Source: Octopus sinensis | Taxonomy: Eukaryota | Direction of reading: 5' to 3' | NCBI RefSeq assembly: GCF_006345805.1 | Contig: NW_021833831.1 | Coordinates: 1 to 54,163, forward strand | DNA length: 54,163 nucleotides | In this document: positions 24,971 to 35,500 of the stretch, piece by piece | How positions within the stretch are numbered: position 1 is the stretch's first letter | Layout of the letters: the number at the start of each line of letters is the position of its first letter | Program-made: the position numbers and the translations under genes | Notes under the pieces: model-generated | Told to the model about the DNA's origin: nothing | Database searches by the model: none | Seen by the model: only the letters and a program-made list of their open reading frames with translations

Positions 24971-25249
24971 ATACTCTGTTGCTGATGTTGAAGCTCCAAG
25001 GAAGGACCCTTGGATCTAGGTTAGAAACCGGCCCTTTCTCTATTGGCAAGGCATCTTGAAATAAAACTGACATACATACATACTACGAAGGAAAATAGGG
25101 ATTTAATAAATCCAGGTTAATACACTCTGTTTAATTAACCCAGTTACTAGGATGCCTAATCAAGTTTATATCAACCCGTTTAGGTTATTAATACCATACG
25201 ACAGTCCAAATCCGAAGTCCATCACTAATTAATAATTTGCCCTGCTAAT

Positions 25250-26800
25250 CACAGTATATCAGTAATAAAATAAAGAATGAATAATTATATTCATACGATC
25301 ATTTATTCACTCGCATACGTTTCAAACGACTCAGTGAGATACATCCATGAAATATTGTAGTTTGCATGATTAATCGATCTAGTAATTATTGATCGATTGT
25401 TCAACCAATTTGTGAAACAGCCACCTAGGGATTCATCCTTCTCGGAACATTTAAAGTCAGATATTTAGGGAAGATATACAGAATCAGATTTGGCGGAATG
25501 TGATAGGGGAAAGTGGTCTTATTGGATTGCCTTTCATTATTTAATACCCTATCGCGGGTTCACACACTTGGTAATAATATTATAAGACGCCAATGAAGTA
25601 AAATCGGCGAGATGTAAGGACTATAGCCTCCTTAATGCTTTAAGTGATTTGTCTATTGGCGAGGAGAATTAATCTAAGAGTGTGAGATTATTAAAGTGAA
25701 CACCAATATTCAGTAGAAAGTAGAATGTAATATCGTTGCCTTTATAGATTATTTGATATGTTTCAAGTTTACAACCGTTAAAAAATCCCATTGAATAATA
25801 TAATATAAACTACGGTCGTTAAATAGAATTTCTTTAAAGGAATATATTAAAAAGGGACGAAGTACATTAGGTTCGATGTGAAAATTATAGACAGGCGGTT
25901 AGAAAGTGGGGTGAATTTCGAAATATGATAGACCAGGCGACAAAATATTCAACTTTATTCTACTTGAGGTTCAGTTAAAGGATGTAGCGTGTTATTGAAG
26001 CTGAATTTGAATTTCGTAGCAGAAGTGCTTACGTAACACTGGACATTTCTAGGTGTTATTACCGAAAAATTAACAGATTATATTTTGTCTTAGATATTGG
26101 TAGTCCAGGAGCAGTTGTTACGTTTACTACACTTATCCCGGGAATTTATTGTACTTGTGATAACGCTATTCACCGCATGAGAGATTATCAAATTAAAACT
26201 CCCTATATTTTGCAGAGATATGAGATATGAACACTCTCTTCTTCCTTGGTAGCTGCATTTCTTTTATCAAAGCTGAGCCCAAATTGTTTTATACGTTCAG
26301 AGTAAGGACTAGTTTGTGTTTTCTTCACTTCGAAGGTTTTCAATATTTTCGTGTCGTGACCTGTTATAATTATCTCCCTTGTTAGATGTGGTAGAATATG
26401 CAAATTATGCATATTATGCAAATTATGTGGTAGAATATGCAAATTATACTAGGACATTGCATGTCCTAGTATACCTATTTCTTTATTACCCACAAGGGGC
26501 TAAACATAGAGGGGACAAACAAGGACAGACAAAGGGATTAAGTCGATTATTTGAACTCAGAACGTAACGGCAGACGAAATACCGCTAAGCATTTCTCCCG
26601 GCGCGCCAACGTTTCTGCCAGCCCGCCGCCTTCTCTGCCAGCTTGCCGCCTTCTAGTATACCTGTTTGAAGAGGAAAATATTCATCCAAGGCTGTAAAAA
26701 AATTCCCGGGATATTTGTGGCTACATGAACTTCAAATCGAGCATTATGCCATGTAATCCTTCTATAATGCGCGCTACTTTTCCTCTGTGCTTTTATAATC
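25250..26800 (-). mobile_element. Decayed Penelope-like element of a second lineage (Naiad-like motifs), interrupted by a SINE
   Basis: RRITWHNARF..ATNIPGIF..LDEYFP (cf. IIWFNPPF..TNIG..LDKHFP), IITGHDTKIL, CSKRNNCSLD..QNII (cf. CNC..CPL..NIIY), TSATKFKFSFNN. Confidence 0.55.
26474..26660 (-). mobile_element. Family-B SINE with internal deletion and 11-bp TSD
   Basis: ctagtatacct on both sides (~26464 and ~26654). Confidence 0.85.
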
Positions 26801-27189
26801 AACATTAGTACAGCTATTGGTTCGCATGTCTATAATGTTGCATAGAGTGATTCATCTAAATCCCAACACTACAGTCTTTAATCTAATGTTTAGTCTTACT
26901 GCTAGAGCCCCCAAACTGTCCTTCCTGAAGAACAACAGGACCAATTCTAAGCTTTTCAGAGGAAGTTACACGACCATTTCAGCTAGGCATTCTTTTAGTT
27001 GGCAGATAGTTATCGTTAATCAATATGGAAATTGTGTCCATTCCCTTCCTCCCACTAATGTTCATATTATCTATGCTGGCTACAAGAATTAACATAGAGT
27101 ACGTATTCTGCCTCCCGTGGGTGTCTTTCCACTAGCACACATGTATGTATGTATGTATGTATGTATGTATGTATGTATGTATGTATGTC

Positions 27190-27730
27190 AGGTCACTTTC
27201 GAGTGCTACTGGTAACATGTAACCCAGTACAACCTGTTGCATGGTCGGGTCGTTGGCAACTAAACCGGCAACCCCACCAAGCTTGCTTGGTGAGGAGGGT
27301 GTTTATTGGACACCCTGTGGGATGAAAAACAAAACCCGTCAAAGGGTGGAGGAACTCTTGAGAGTCAACAGCCATCCAATAAATGTCTTAAGGCTGTATC
27401 ATGTACGGGGACATAGAAATAATCGGACTGAATACCCGATCGCGTTTTTAAACCATTGGGAGTGAAGGACTCCTAGCCTTTGTTAGGGCATCCTTCTAGG
27501 AGAAGGTAACTGGGATATCTCCGACATAAAACCTGCGGCTCAGTGGTTACCGATGATGTTGACTTGTTCTTCTTTTCTGATTATGGCTGCTGTTGCTTAG
27601 TGAGTGGGATTGACTCAGTGCACAGCCTTTCCACACTTTAAAAAAATCTTCTTGCACAGGCATTGCACGATAACAACATTGATTAAGTTTCGTGCAATGG
27701 TCATACTCGATAACGAGGGGGCAGCCACCA
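27190..27730 (+). mobile_element. RTE-type 5' UTR / non-autonomous RTE fragment
   Basis: ttagggcatccttctaggagaaggtaact motif and several hairpins, resembling RTE 5' regions as recalled; not searched. Confidence 0.5.
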
Positions 27731-27774
27731 TGTATGTATGTATGTATGTATGTAGGTATGTATGTATGTATGTA

Positions 27775-27974
27775 TTTGTGTCTGTGTTTGTCCCCCTACA
27801 ATTGCTTGACAATCGATGTTGTGTGTACGTCCCCGTGACTTAGTGGTTCTGCAAAAGAGGCCAACAGAGTAAGTACTAGACTTACAAAGCATAAGTCCTG
27901 GAGTCGACCTGTTCGACTAAAGGCGGCACTCCAGCATGACCACGGTCAACTGACTGAAACAAAATAATAAAAGA

Positions 27975-27975
<1 letters not shown>
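27775..27975 (+). mobile_element. Family-A SINE 3' half
   Basis: tttgtccccctacaattgcttgacaatcg..ggcggcactccagcatgaccacggtc. Confidence 0.85.
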
Positions 27976-28009
<34 letters not shown>

Positions 28010-28695
28010 GGCTCGTAGCTGAAGATGGTTTATACTATAAACTAGAGTTATCATTTACTCTGCTAGTGTGTTTGTTTGTCCTTTAGATGACTTTCAATAT
28101 ATATATATGCATTAGATTATGTATAGGACACCGTCCACATGATAGATGATAGATAGTTATGCAGTGGAAAGCCTTTCATTATCAAAACGATACAAAGCTA
28201 AATTATATTCAGATATGTGCTAAAAGTAAAACGATATTAGTTGATGACTAATATCATTTCCAACGGCAACAACTACAGACGCGCTTCACCTTCTTCCACG
28301 ATGCCGCCATTTGGTTTCCGTGACTTGCTTAAGTATTATTGCGTAAATCGCTATAACTGAGATATTAAAGCGAGCGTCAGCATACTTAATATCAACGTAG
28401 AGTAATAGAAATACCGAGAAAACGAATTCAGCTGACGAATATCTCGCGTGTAAAGTTTGATACACAGAATCTGCGTTTTGTGTGTGTGTATATTTGTGTA
28501 TATGTGTGCATGTGTGTGTATGTGTGCTGCTAGCTTTCGTATTGAGTTTCTTCCCTACCAAGAGATGTTCTATTTTACATTCTTAAACTTGCTTTAAAGT
28601 AATAACGTGAATTCTCCCACCTCACATACACACACATATATATGTATGCAAACACACACACACACATATATATATATATAAACATATATATGTGT

Positions 28696-28744
<49 letters not shown>

Positions 28745-28956
28745 GGGGTAATGGTGTCAGTAAGACCCAAAGGTGTCAGGTAATGCTGAGTAAGTGCTAT
28801 GGATAGGCCATAGCTAAGCTCCAGGTTCGGTGATTATGCGAATAATGAGTCCAACGTAGGTCATATATCAGCATGCGTATATATAACTCGTTTCTTTTCA
28901 GAATGAGATAAAAAAAAACAAGGCTGTGAAGATTTTAGAACATTCATAGATAGAAG

Positions 28957-29004
28957 GTCTTACAGCTGTTTCCAGGATATTTATTATATCCCTTCATCGG
29001 AGAC
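28957..29004 (-). ncRNA. Type I hammerhead-like motif (U4C variant)
   Basis: gtct-CCGATGA-a gggatat aataa atatcct g-GAAAC-agct-GTA-agac. Confidence 0.65.
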
Positions 29005-29284
29005 AGTGTGAGAAAATGGTTAAGCAGTAGTTAGTTAATTTAGATAAGATACGAAATAGAGAGTGAAGTGGAGGAATGAAAATAGATGTGAGATATGTAG
29101 GGATACTGCATTGTAGATCCATTATTTAGGCAGAATTGTATACATATAAGATTCCAATACCTTTTGAGTAAAATCGAATAGTATCTAAAATTAGTCATTC
29201 CAAGTATAAAGTTTGTACATAGTACTATTGAATCAAGGGTTTTATCTAAATTAACTAACTATTCCTTAACCATTTTCTCACACC

Positions 29285-29332
29285 GTCTCCGATGAAGGGA
29301 TATAATAAATATCCTGGAAACAGCTGTAAAAC
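29285..29332 (+). ncRNA. Mirror copy of the U4C hammerhead-like motif, one stem I mismatch
   Basis: gtct-CCGATGA-..-GAAAC-agct-GTA-aaac. Confidence 0.55.
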
Positions 29333-29690
29333 CTTCTATTTATAAATGTTCTAAAATCTTCACAGCCTTGGACTTTTTATCTCATTCTGAAAAAAAAGTT
29401 TTATATATATATATATACAAATTTTGCAATTAAGGACAACCACTTAATAAGGAAAACTTAACAAGAAATTGTCAGGTAGATAGCGTAAAAACCTCATAAG
29501 AGAAAAAATTTCGAAAATAATTATTTCTTATTGAACATATTAATTTATATATAGAGGGCATAATTATACATACATGCCAGGAGGCATTATATATACTTGC
29601 CAACGCTAAGAGGGACAATCAGTCATTTCTACCAAAAATATTACTAATCCCACCGAATGCAACTTTTCAAAGTAAGACATTTAAAAATAT

Positions 29691-29738
29691 AGGCCTGTAT
29701 CACAGTGATTTCATACTTACGTAATCATCAGCAGGCCT
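29691..29738 (-). ncRNA. Type I hammerhead ribozyme, copy 1
   Basis: aggcctg-CTGATGA-t tac GTAA gta t-GAA-Atca ctg tgaT-A-caggcct; 7-bp stem I, 4-bp stem III, predicted cleavage after AUA (29698). Confidence 0.85.
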
Positions 29739-30172
29739 GAATGTATTATAAATAAACAACGACCCTGCCTCGCTTAAGCCGAACAGCTAACTGATCAACA
29801 TCAACGAAGCACATGGGTGAGTTTATATATATACATCCGGGTGAATGGCAAACTTTTACAAAATTGCATTTCGGGAGAGGAAAAAGTTTTTTCGGAATAA
29901 AAATTTTGCAATTAAGGACAACCACTTAATAAGGAAAACTTAACAAGAAATTGTCAGGTAGATAGCGTAAAAACCTCATAAGAGAAAAAATTTCGAAAAT
30001 AATTATTTCTTATTGAACATATTAATTTATATATAGAGGGCATAATTATACATACATGCCAGGAGGCATTATAATACTTGCCAAACGCTAAGAGGGACAA
30101 TCAGTCATTTCTACCAAAAATATTACTAATCCCACCGAATGCAACTTTTCAAAGTAAGACATTTAAAAATAT

Positions 30173-30220
30173 AGGCCTGTATCACAGTGATTTCATACTT
30201 ACGTAATCATCAGCAGGCCT
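30173..30220 (-). ncRNA. Type I hammerhead ribozyme, copy 2
   Basis: Identical motif 482 nt from copy 1. Confidence 0.85.
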
Positions 30221-30758
30221 GAATGTATTATAAATAAACAACGACCCTGCCTCGCTTAAGCCGAACAGCTAACTGATCAACATCAACGAAGCACATGGGT
30301 GAGTTTATATATATTACATCCGGGTGAATGGCAAACTTTTACAAAATTGCATTTCGGGAGAGGAAAAATGTTTTTTCGGAATAAAAATTTTGCAATTAAG
30401 GACAACCACTTAATAAGGAAAACTTAACAAGAAATTGTCAGGTAGATAGCGTAAAAACCTCATAAGAGAAAAAATTTCGAAAATAATTATTTCTTATTGA
30501 ACATATTAATTTATATATAGAGGGCATAATTATACATACATGCCAGGAGGCATTATATATACTTGCCAAACGCTAAGAGGGACAATCAGTCATTTCTACC
30601 AAAAATATTACTAATCCTCTCCCGAAATGCAATTTTGTAAAAGTTTGCCATTCACCCGGATGTAATATATATAAACTCACCCATGTGCTTCGTTGATGTT
30701 GATCAGTTAGCTGTTCGGCTTAAGCGAGGCAGGGTCGTTGTTTATTTATAATACATTC

Positions 30759-30806
30759 AGGCCTGCTGATGATTACGTAAGTATGAAATCACTGTGATAC
30801 AGGCCT
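30759..30806 (+). ncRNA. Type I hammerhead ribozyme, copy 3 (inverted)
   Basis: Identical motif on plus; H17 = 30799. Confidence 0.85.
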
Positions 30807-31064
30807 ATATTTTTAAATGTCTTACTTTGAAAAGTTGCATTCGGTGGGATTAGTAATATTTTTGGTAGAAATGACTGATTGTCCCTCTTAGCGTTTGGCA
30901 AGTATATATAATGCCTCCTGGCATGTATGTATAATTATGCCCTCTATATATAAATATATATATATACATATATATGTATACAGAGAGAGAGAGAAAGAAA
31001 GAGGGAGAGAGACAAAGAGAGAGAAAGAGTGTGTGTTTGAAGTGGTATACTCAATATCGTATAC

Positions 31065-31238
31065 TGAGAAAAAAAGGGGCAGTCAGAATTTTGGATAATC
31101 TTTTATTAGCGGTTTCGTTTGTTTACGAACTCGTCAAGACAAAATCAAAGTTTTGATTTTGATATTGTCTTGAGTTCGTAAACAAACGAAATCGCTAATA
31201 AAAGATTATCCAAAATTCTGACTGCCTCACTTTTCTCA
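31065..31238. repeat. Fold-back element (~80-nt arms) beside (TA)n
   Basis: ggcagtcagaattttggataatcttttattagcg..cgctaataaaagattatccaaaattctgactgcc. Confidence 0.88.
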
Positions 31239-31277
<39 letters not shown>

Positions 31278-31288
31278 ATATAATATAT

Positions 31289-31322
<34 letters not shown>

Positions 31323-31339
31323 CATATTACTGACGTATA

Positions 31340-31610
31340 TGGGCTTAAGATATGAACGTCGGCGTCAAAAAATACTAAAATAAAAAATTTCACCAGAAAA
31401 TTAATACTTCTGAACGAGTTGGAAGAAGAATTCGTGTGCTGGACAAAATCTTTATCACCATTTCCTCTTTTACGCTCACAGTTCAAATTCCGTTCATCTT
31501 TTCTGGGTCGATGAAATTCGGTAGCAGTCAAGTATTGCGCCGATGTAAACGACTCGTCCTGTCCTGTCGCCTCAAAATTGTTGGCTTTGTGCAAAAATTT
31601 AATGCAATTA
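31340..31610 (+). mobile_element. Diverged family-B-like SINE
   Basis: cagttcaaattccg..gggtcgatgaaatt..gccgatgtaaacgact..caaaattgttggctttgtgcaaaa. Confidence 0.5.
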
Positions 31611-31986
31611 TTTGCAGCAAAACAAACAAAACCAAGCTATAAAATACTTTTTGATATGTTGCTAACATAAAAACGATATTAGTTGAATGACAAAGAATAT
31701 TGTCATCTTTCTTTAGTTACTTGTTGAAACCAAGAAGGCGTATCACTTCCGTAATTTGTCGTCTGTACGTGCCAAGAAAAATAATATTAGTGATTAACTA
31801 ATGACATTTTATATTTCACTGAATATTTGATTATATTAAAATATGTTAGGACACTGTTTAAATTGCTCTTAAATTTTTTTTCTTTGTGTAAGTATAAACA
31901 ATAAATAAAAAATATGGTAAGAAAACAGGAGTACGATAATGTAGATGGTAAAGTAAGAAGAAGAAAACAAAGAGGAAGCACATTGA

Positions 31987-32125
31987 CATAGCTGTGTAGC
32001 TATGTGGATTAGAAGTTCGCTTTGCACCACGTGAATTCGGGTTCAGTCCCACTGTGCGACACCTCGGGCAAGTATTTTCTATTGCAACTTCAATGCCTTG
32101 TGAGTGAATTCGGTAGACAAATACT

Positions 32126-32127
<2 letters not shown>
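31987..32127 (+). mobile_element. Family-A SINE 5' half
   Basis: gggttcagtcccactgtgcgacacctcgggcaagt..gccttgtgagtgaattcggtagac. Confidence 0.8.
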
Positions 32128-32182
<55 letters not shown>

Positions 32183-32499
32183 CGTGTGTGTGTGTGGTGT
32201 GTGTATGTGTGTGTATATATGTGTGTATATATGCGTGTGTGTGTGTGTGTGTATGTGTATGTGTGTGTGTATATGTGTATGTGTGTGTGTGTGTGAAACG
32301 TGGATTGATAACAATACCGGAGAACGGAAACGATCCAGTGGTTTGTATGAGAATCCACCAAAACACCCACCAAAGCGGGAAACATTCTTGCAAAAAGAGT
32401 TGTGCTTTCTGTCTCTGGAATTTTAAGGAAATTATTTGCTATCAACTGCTTCCACACAATATACTGTGTCATGTCATCACCTGGAAAGCTTGAATCAGT

Positions 32500-32925
32500 A
32501 AAATTAGGCAGATGATGCAAGAACTAGGAAGAGGTGGTGTTTCCGAAAGACAGCACCAAACATCATGTGTGTCTGGCTATCCGTATGAAATTACTTGAAC
32601 TTGGGCGGAATATTATACTTCAACCACCATACTCATCAGACATTGTGCCATTTGATTTTTAATTGTTTAGGTTCCTGTAAAATTCCTTCAAAATTCCTTG
32701 AACAGAAAATCATGAAATGATTTCAGATGCAGTTAAAAATCATCCAGATAATTTCATGTTCTTCAAGACAGCTCAGTTCTGCGTTGATGGAATTTTGAAG
32801 ATGCTGCATCGATGGATAACAGTTATTGACGGAATGTTTGATGAATAAAAGTATTGTAGTATTGCAATGCAAATATATTCATTTAATTTCTATCCTTCAA
32901 AACTATTTCGGACAACCCAAAAGCG
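32500..32925 (+). mobile_element. Mariner transposase C-terminal fragment with right TIR
   Basis: KLLELGRNIILQPPYSSDIVPFDF (cf. HPPYSPDLAPSD), DGILKMLHRWITVID; TIR-like ..tttcggacaacccaa. Confidence 0.75.
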
Positions 32926-34221
32926 GACAAACCTGCCTCAAATAACACCAAGCTATCTTAGGAACTGAAAACTGAAAGATGTTCCATATTGTGGCATACA
33001 AACAATAAAAATAGGTGACGCTTATTGTATTCCTTTAATCTCGGTGCTTTCAATTGGAGCTGACTTGGGAATAAATAATTACAAGTTACAAGTCCCAGTT
33101 TTCATCCCCTATTAATCATTACTGCTTGACTTAATGTGTTTGCGTATAACGGGTTCATAGGTTATATATGCGTAAAACTTGTGATATGCACTCATTACAC
33201 TCGTTAATGGGTTGCAGTATTTTAGCTCCTTCCCCTCTGAAATTGTACAGAGTGTCTGATTAACTTATCACTGCCCTTAACTCCCACATATCGGTAAGTC
33301 ACTCTGGTCACTGCTATACTTTTAACGCCCTTTTCGCCTGGTCACCTGCTCTTTCTCAACCTCCTCGTGAAATATATTCTATAGACACCAACATCAAAGA
33401 AGCATATTGTTCATTTGAGCTGAATTTGGTGTTTATGTCAATGAAACACATCATTCTAAAAGCATTCTGTCGATGATTTTACCCAGAAGCAGTGAATATG
33501 GAATATTATATTCGTCTGAAGTTCGTGTTATTGACTTTAGATATATCACATATAAATACAATTATCATATTGATTGTAGGTGTATTACATACCATCATTC
33601 AATCATTTTTTTTTGTCATCTAAGCCATACATATATTAGTGGTCGGTTCAAAGAAATATCTAGCTTTATTAATGAAAGTTTGTCTTTGATACTCGTAAAT
33701 GATATGATTACAAAATAAAAAATAAAAACTTTCCATAAAAACATATAGAAAGGTAGTAACACCTGTTTTTAAAGTATAAAAATTGCAATCAGTCCGACAG
33801 ACCGTGTTCTCTCGGGTCGATGAATAAAAACAAGTGAGATGAAAACAAAGTAAAAGTAGATGAGAAATCATCTGATTTGTCCCTCTTTTGATTATTTTTA
33901 GCGTATGGCGCTTAAGCACATTTTAGCCCACGCAGCATTTATAAACTCTCATTCATAAACACTCATTTATTGCAAGGGTCGAGAGTTTCGTTCATGCTAT
34001 TTATCAAAATTCATCAAATAGTCACTTCTTGTCATCTAGACAAAAATTATTGTTCGGTTAAAGAAATATGTTCAGTTTAATTCACGGAATACTTGGTCCT
34101 TGATATTTATAAATGAGATGATTTTAACCACCCGTTCAAACTTCTATTAAAATTATATAAAAACGGATGGTTGTATCTCCCCAAGTATCGTCGTCTACTT
34201 TTATAGCTAGATGGATGGATA

Positions 34222-34268
<47 letters not shown>

Positions 34269-34340
34269 TCCAGGTGAATACTTGATAAGTGTAAGCACCT
34301 GTATATGCCAGCTAGTTAGCAGAGGTGAGAGGGTATATGC

Positions 34341-34514
34341 ATCAAATGAAATGAAAAAACAGAACGCAAAGGATGTCGCGGTACGCGTGTTTCAAGCTTT
34401 ATAAAGAATAGGTTGTTATGTCGATTATACATTGATGTAAGAATAGGTTGTTTTATAAAGCTTGAAACACGTGTACCGCAACATCCTTTGTGTTCTGTTT
34501 TTATTTCATTTGAT
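34341..34514. repeat. Fold-back element (~63-nt arms) beside (TA)n with GAAAC-acgt-GTA half-hammerhead
   Basis: Arms 34341-34405 and 34452-34514. Confidence 0.88.
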
Positions 34515-34517
34515 ATA

Positions 34518-34550
<33 letters not shown>

Positions 34551-34563
34551 ATATATATAATAT

Positions 34564-34615
<52 letters not shown>

Positions 34616-34950
34616 ATATTGTGCTGTTGTAATTGTGTGTATGCTTGCGTTAATGTATATTTTTGTTGGTGTATGTGTCTGTGTGTCTGTGTTGAGTTAT
34701 AACTGTTTCTTGATGGACAAAATAGAAAATAATGTTCTCTTTGCAGAGAGCCGGAAGCCAAGATTTTAATCAAAATCGCATTTCATTTCGCTAACTTTAG
34801 AATGAAAATTGCTGTTTATTTGCAATATAAGCAAATGTACTTACTCCCTGACTACACTTACTCACCACTACCACCACCACCACCAACAATAACACCATCA
34901 TCACCACCAGCATTATCTACCATGACAGTAATCATATATATATATATATA

Positions 34951-35045
<95 letters not shown>

Positions 35046-35047
<2 letters not shown>

Positions 35048-35325
35048 TATTGGTGAATTGAAAAATGGAGCTGAACGCAGATTGAACAGAAATCGTTTTA
35101 TTTCATTCTACACGTGTTTCGAAAGGCACAAATTACCAAAATCCGATTGAATAATGGGACCATATTGTGTCTTTCTCTTCAGGAAGAAAGAAGGAATCCG
35201 TTGGAAAAACAAAAACAGAACAGAGGCGGAGCAAAAATTTGTGCCTTTCGAAACACGTGTAGAATGAAATAAAACGATTTCTGTTCAATCTGCGTTCAGC
35301 TCCATTTCTTCAATTCACCAATAAT
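35046..35325. repeat. Fold-back element (~90-nt arms, ~100-nt spacer) beside (TA)n
   Basis: Arms 35046-35134 and 35236-35325. Confidence 0.9.
35101..35189 (-). ncRNA. Type I hammerhead ribozyme with intact core and long stem II
   Basis: tttcttc-CTGAAGA-GAAAGACACAA..(~31-nt loop)..TTGTGCCTTTC-GAAAC-acgt-GTA-gaatgaaa; stem II 10/11 pairs including G10.1-C11.1; stem I 7 bp with one bulge. Confidence 0.85.
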
Positions 35326-35500
35326 GTTTTAATTTCAATTATCCGCACCAACGCACGGTTGCAACGCCAGATGGTAGTACCTCCAACCGTGCTGTTTACT
35401 GCTGTGATTTTTGCTACTAAGGTATCGGTTAAACTTTTGATTAATCTACTACAAGATTATTCATCTTTCTATTTCACATATATGTATATATATATATATA

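Larger units (their letters stand above)
28875..29405. mobile_element. 5'-truncated Penelope-type insertion with inverted pLTR (~165-nt arms, ~195-nt spacer) in (TA)n
   Basis: Arms 28875-29047 and 29242-29405 are reverse complements. The spacer reads ..QKVLESYMYTILPK on minus (GIY-YIG C-terminus-like). HHR motif in both arms. Confidence 0.75.
29419..30955. mobile_element. ORF-less ~483-bp unit: 2.5 tandem copies plus ~340-bp inverted copy, between (TA)n tracts (retrozyme-like / pLTR array)
   Basis: Units start at 29419, 29901 and 30385; inversion at 30615-30617; inverted copy runs to ~30955; copies differ almost only by 1-nt indels. Confidence 0.9.
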
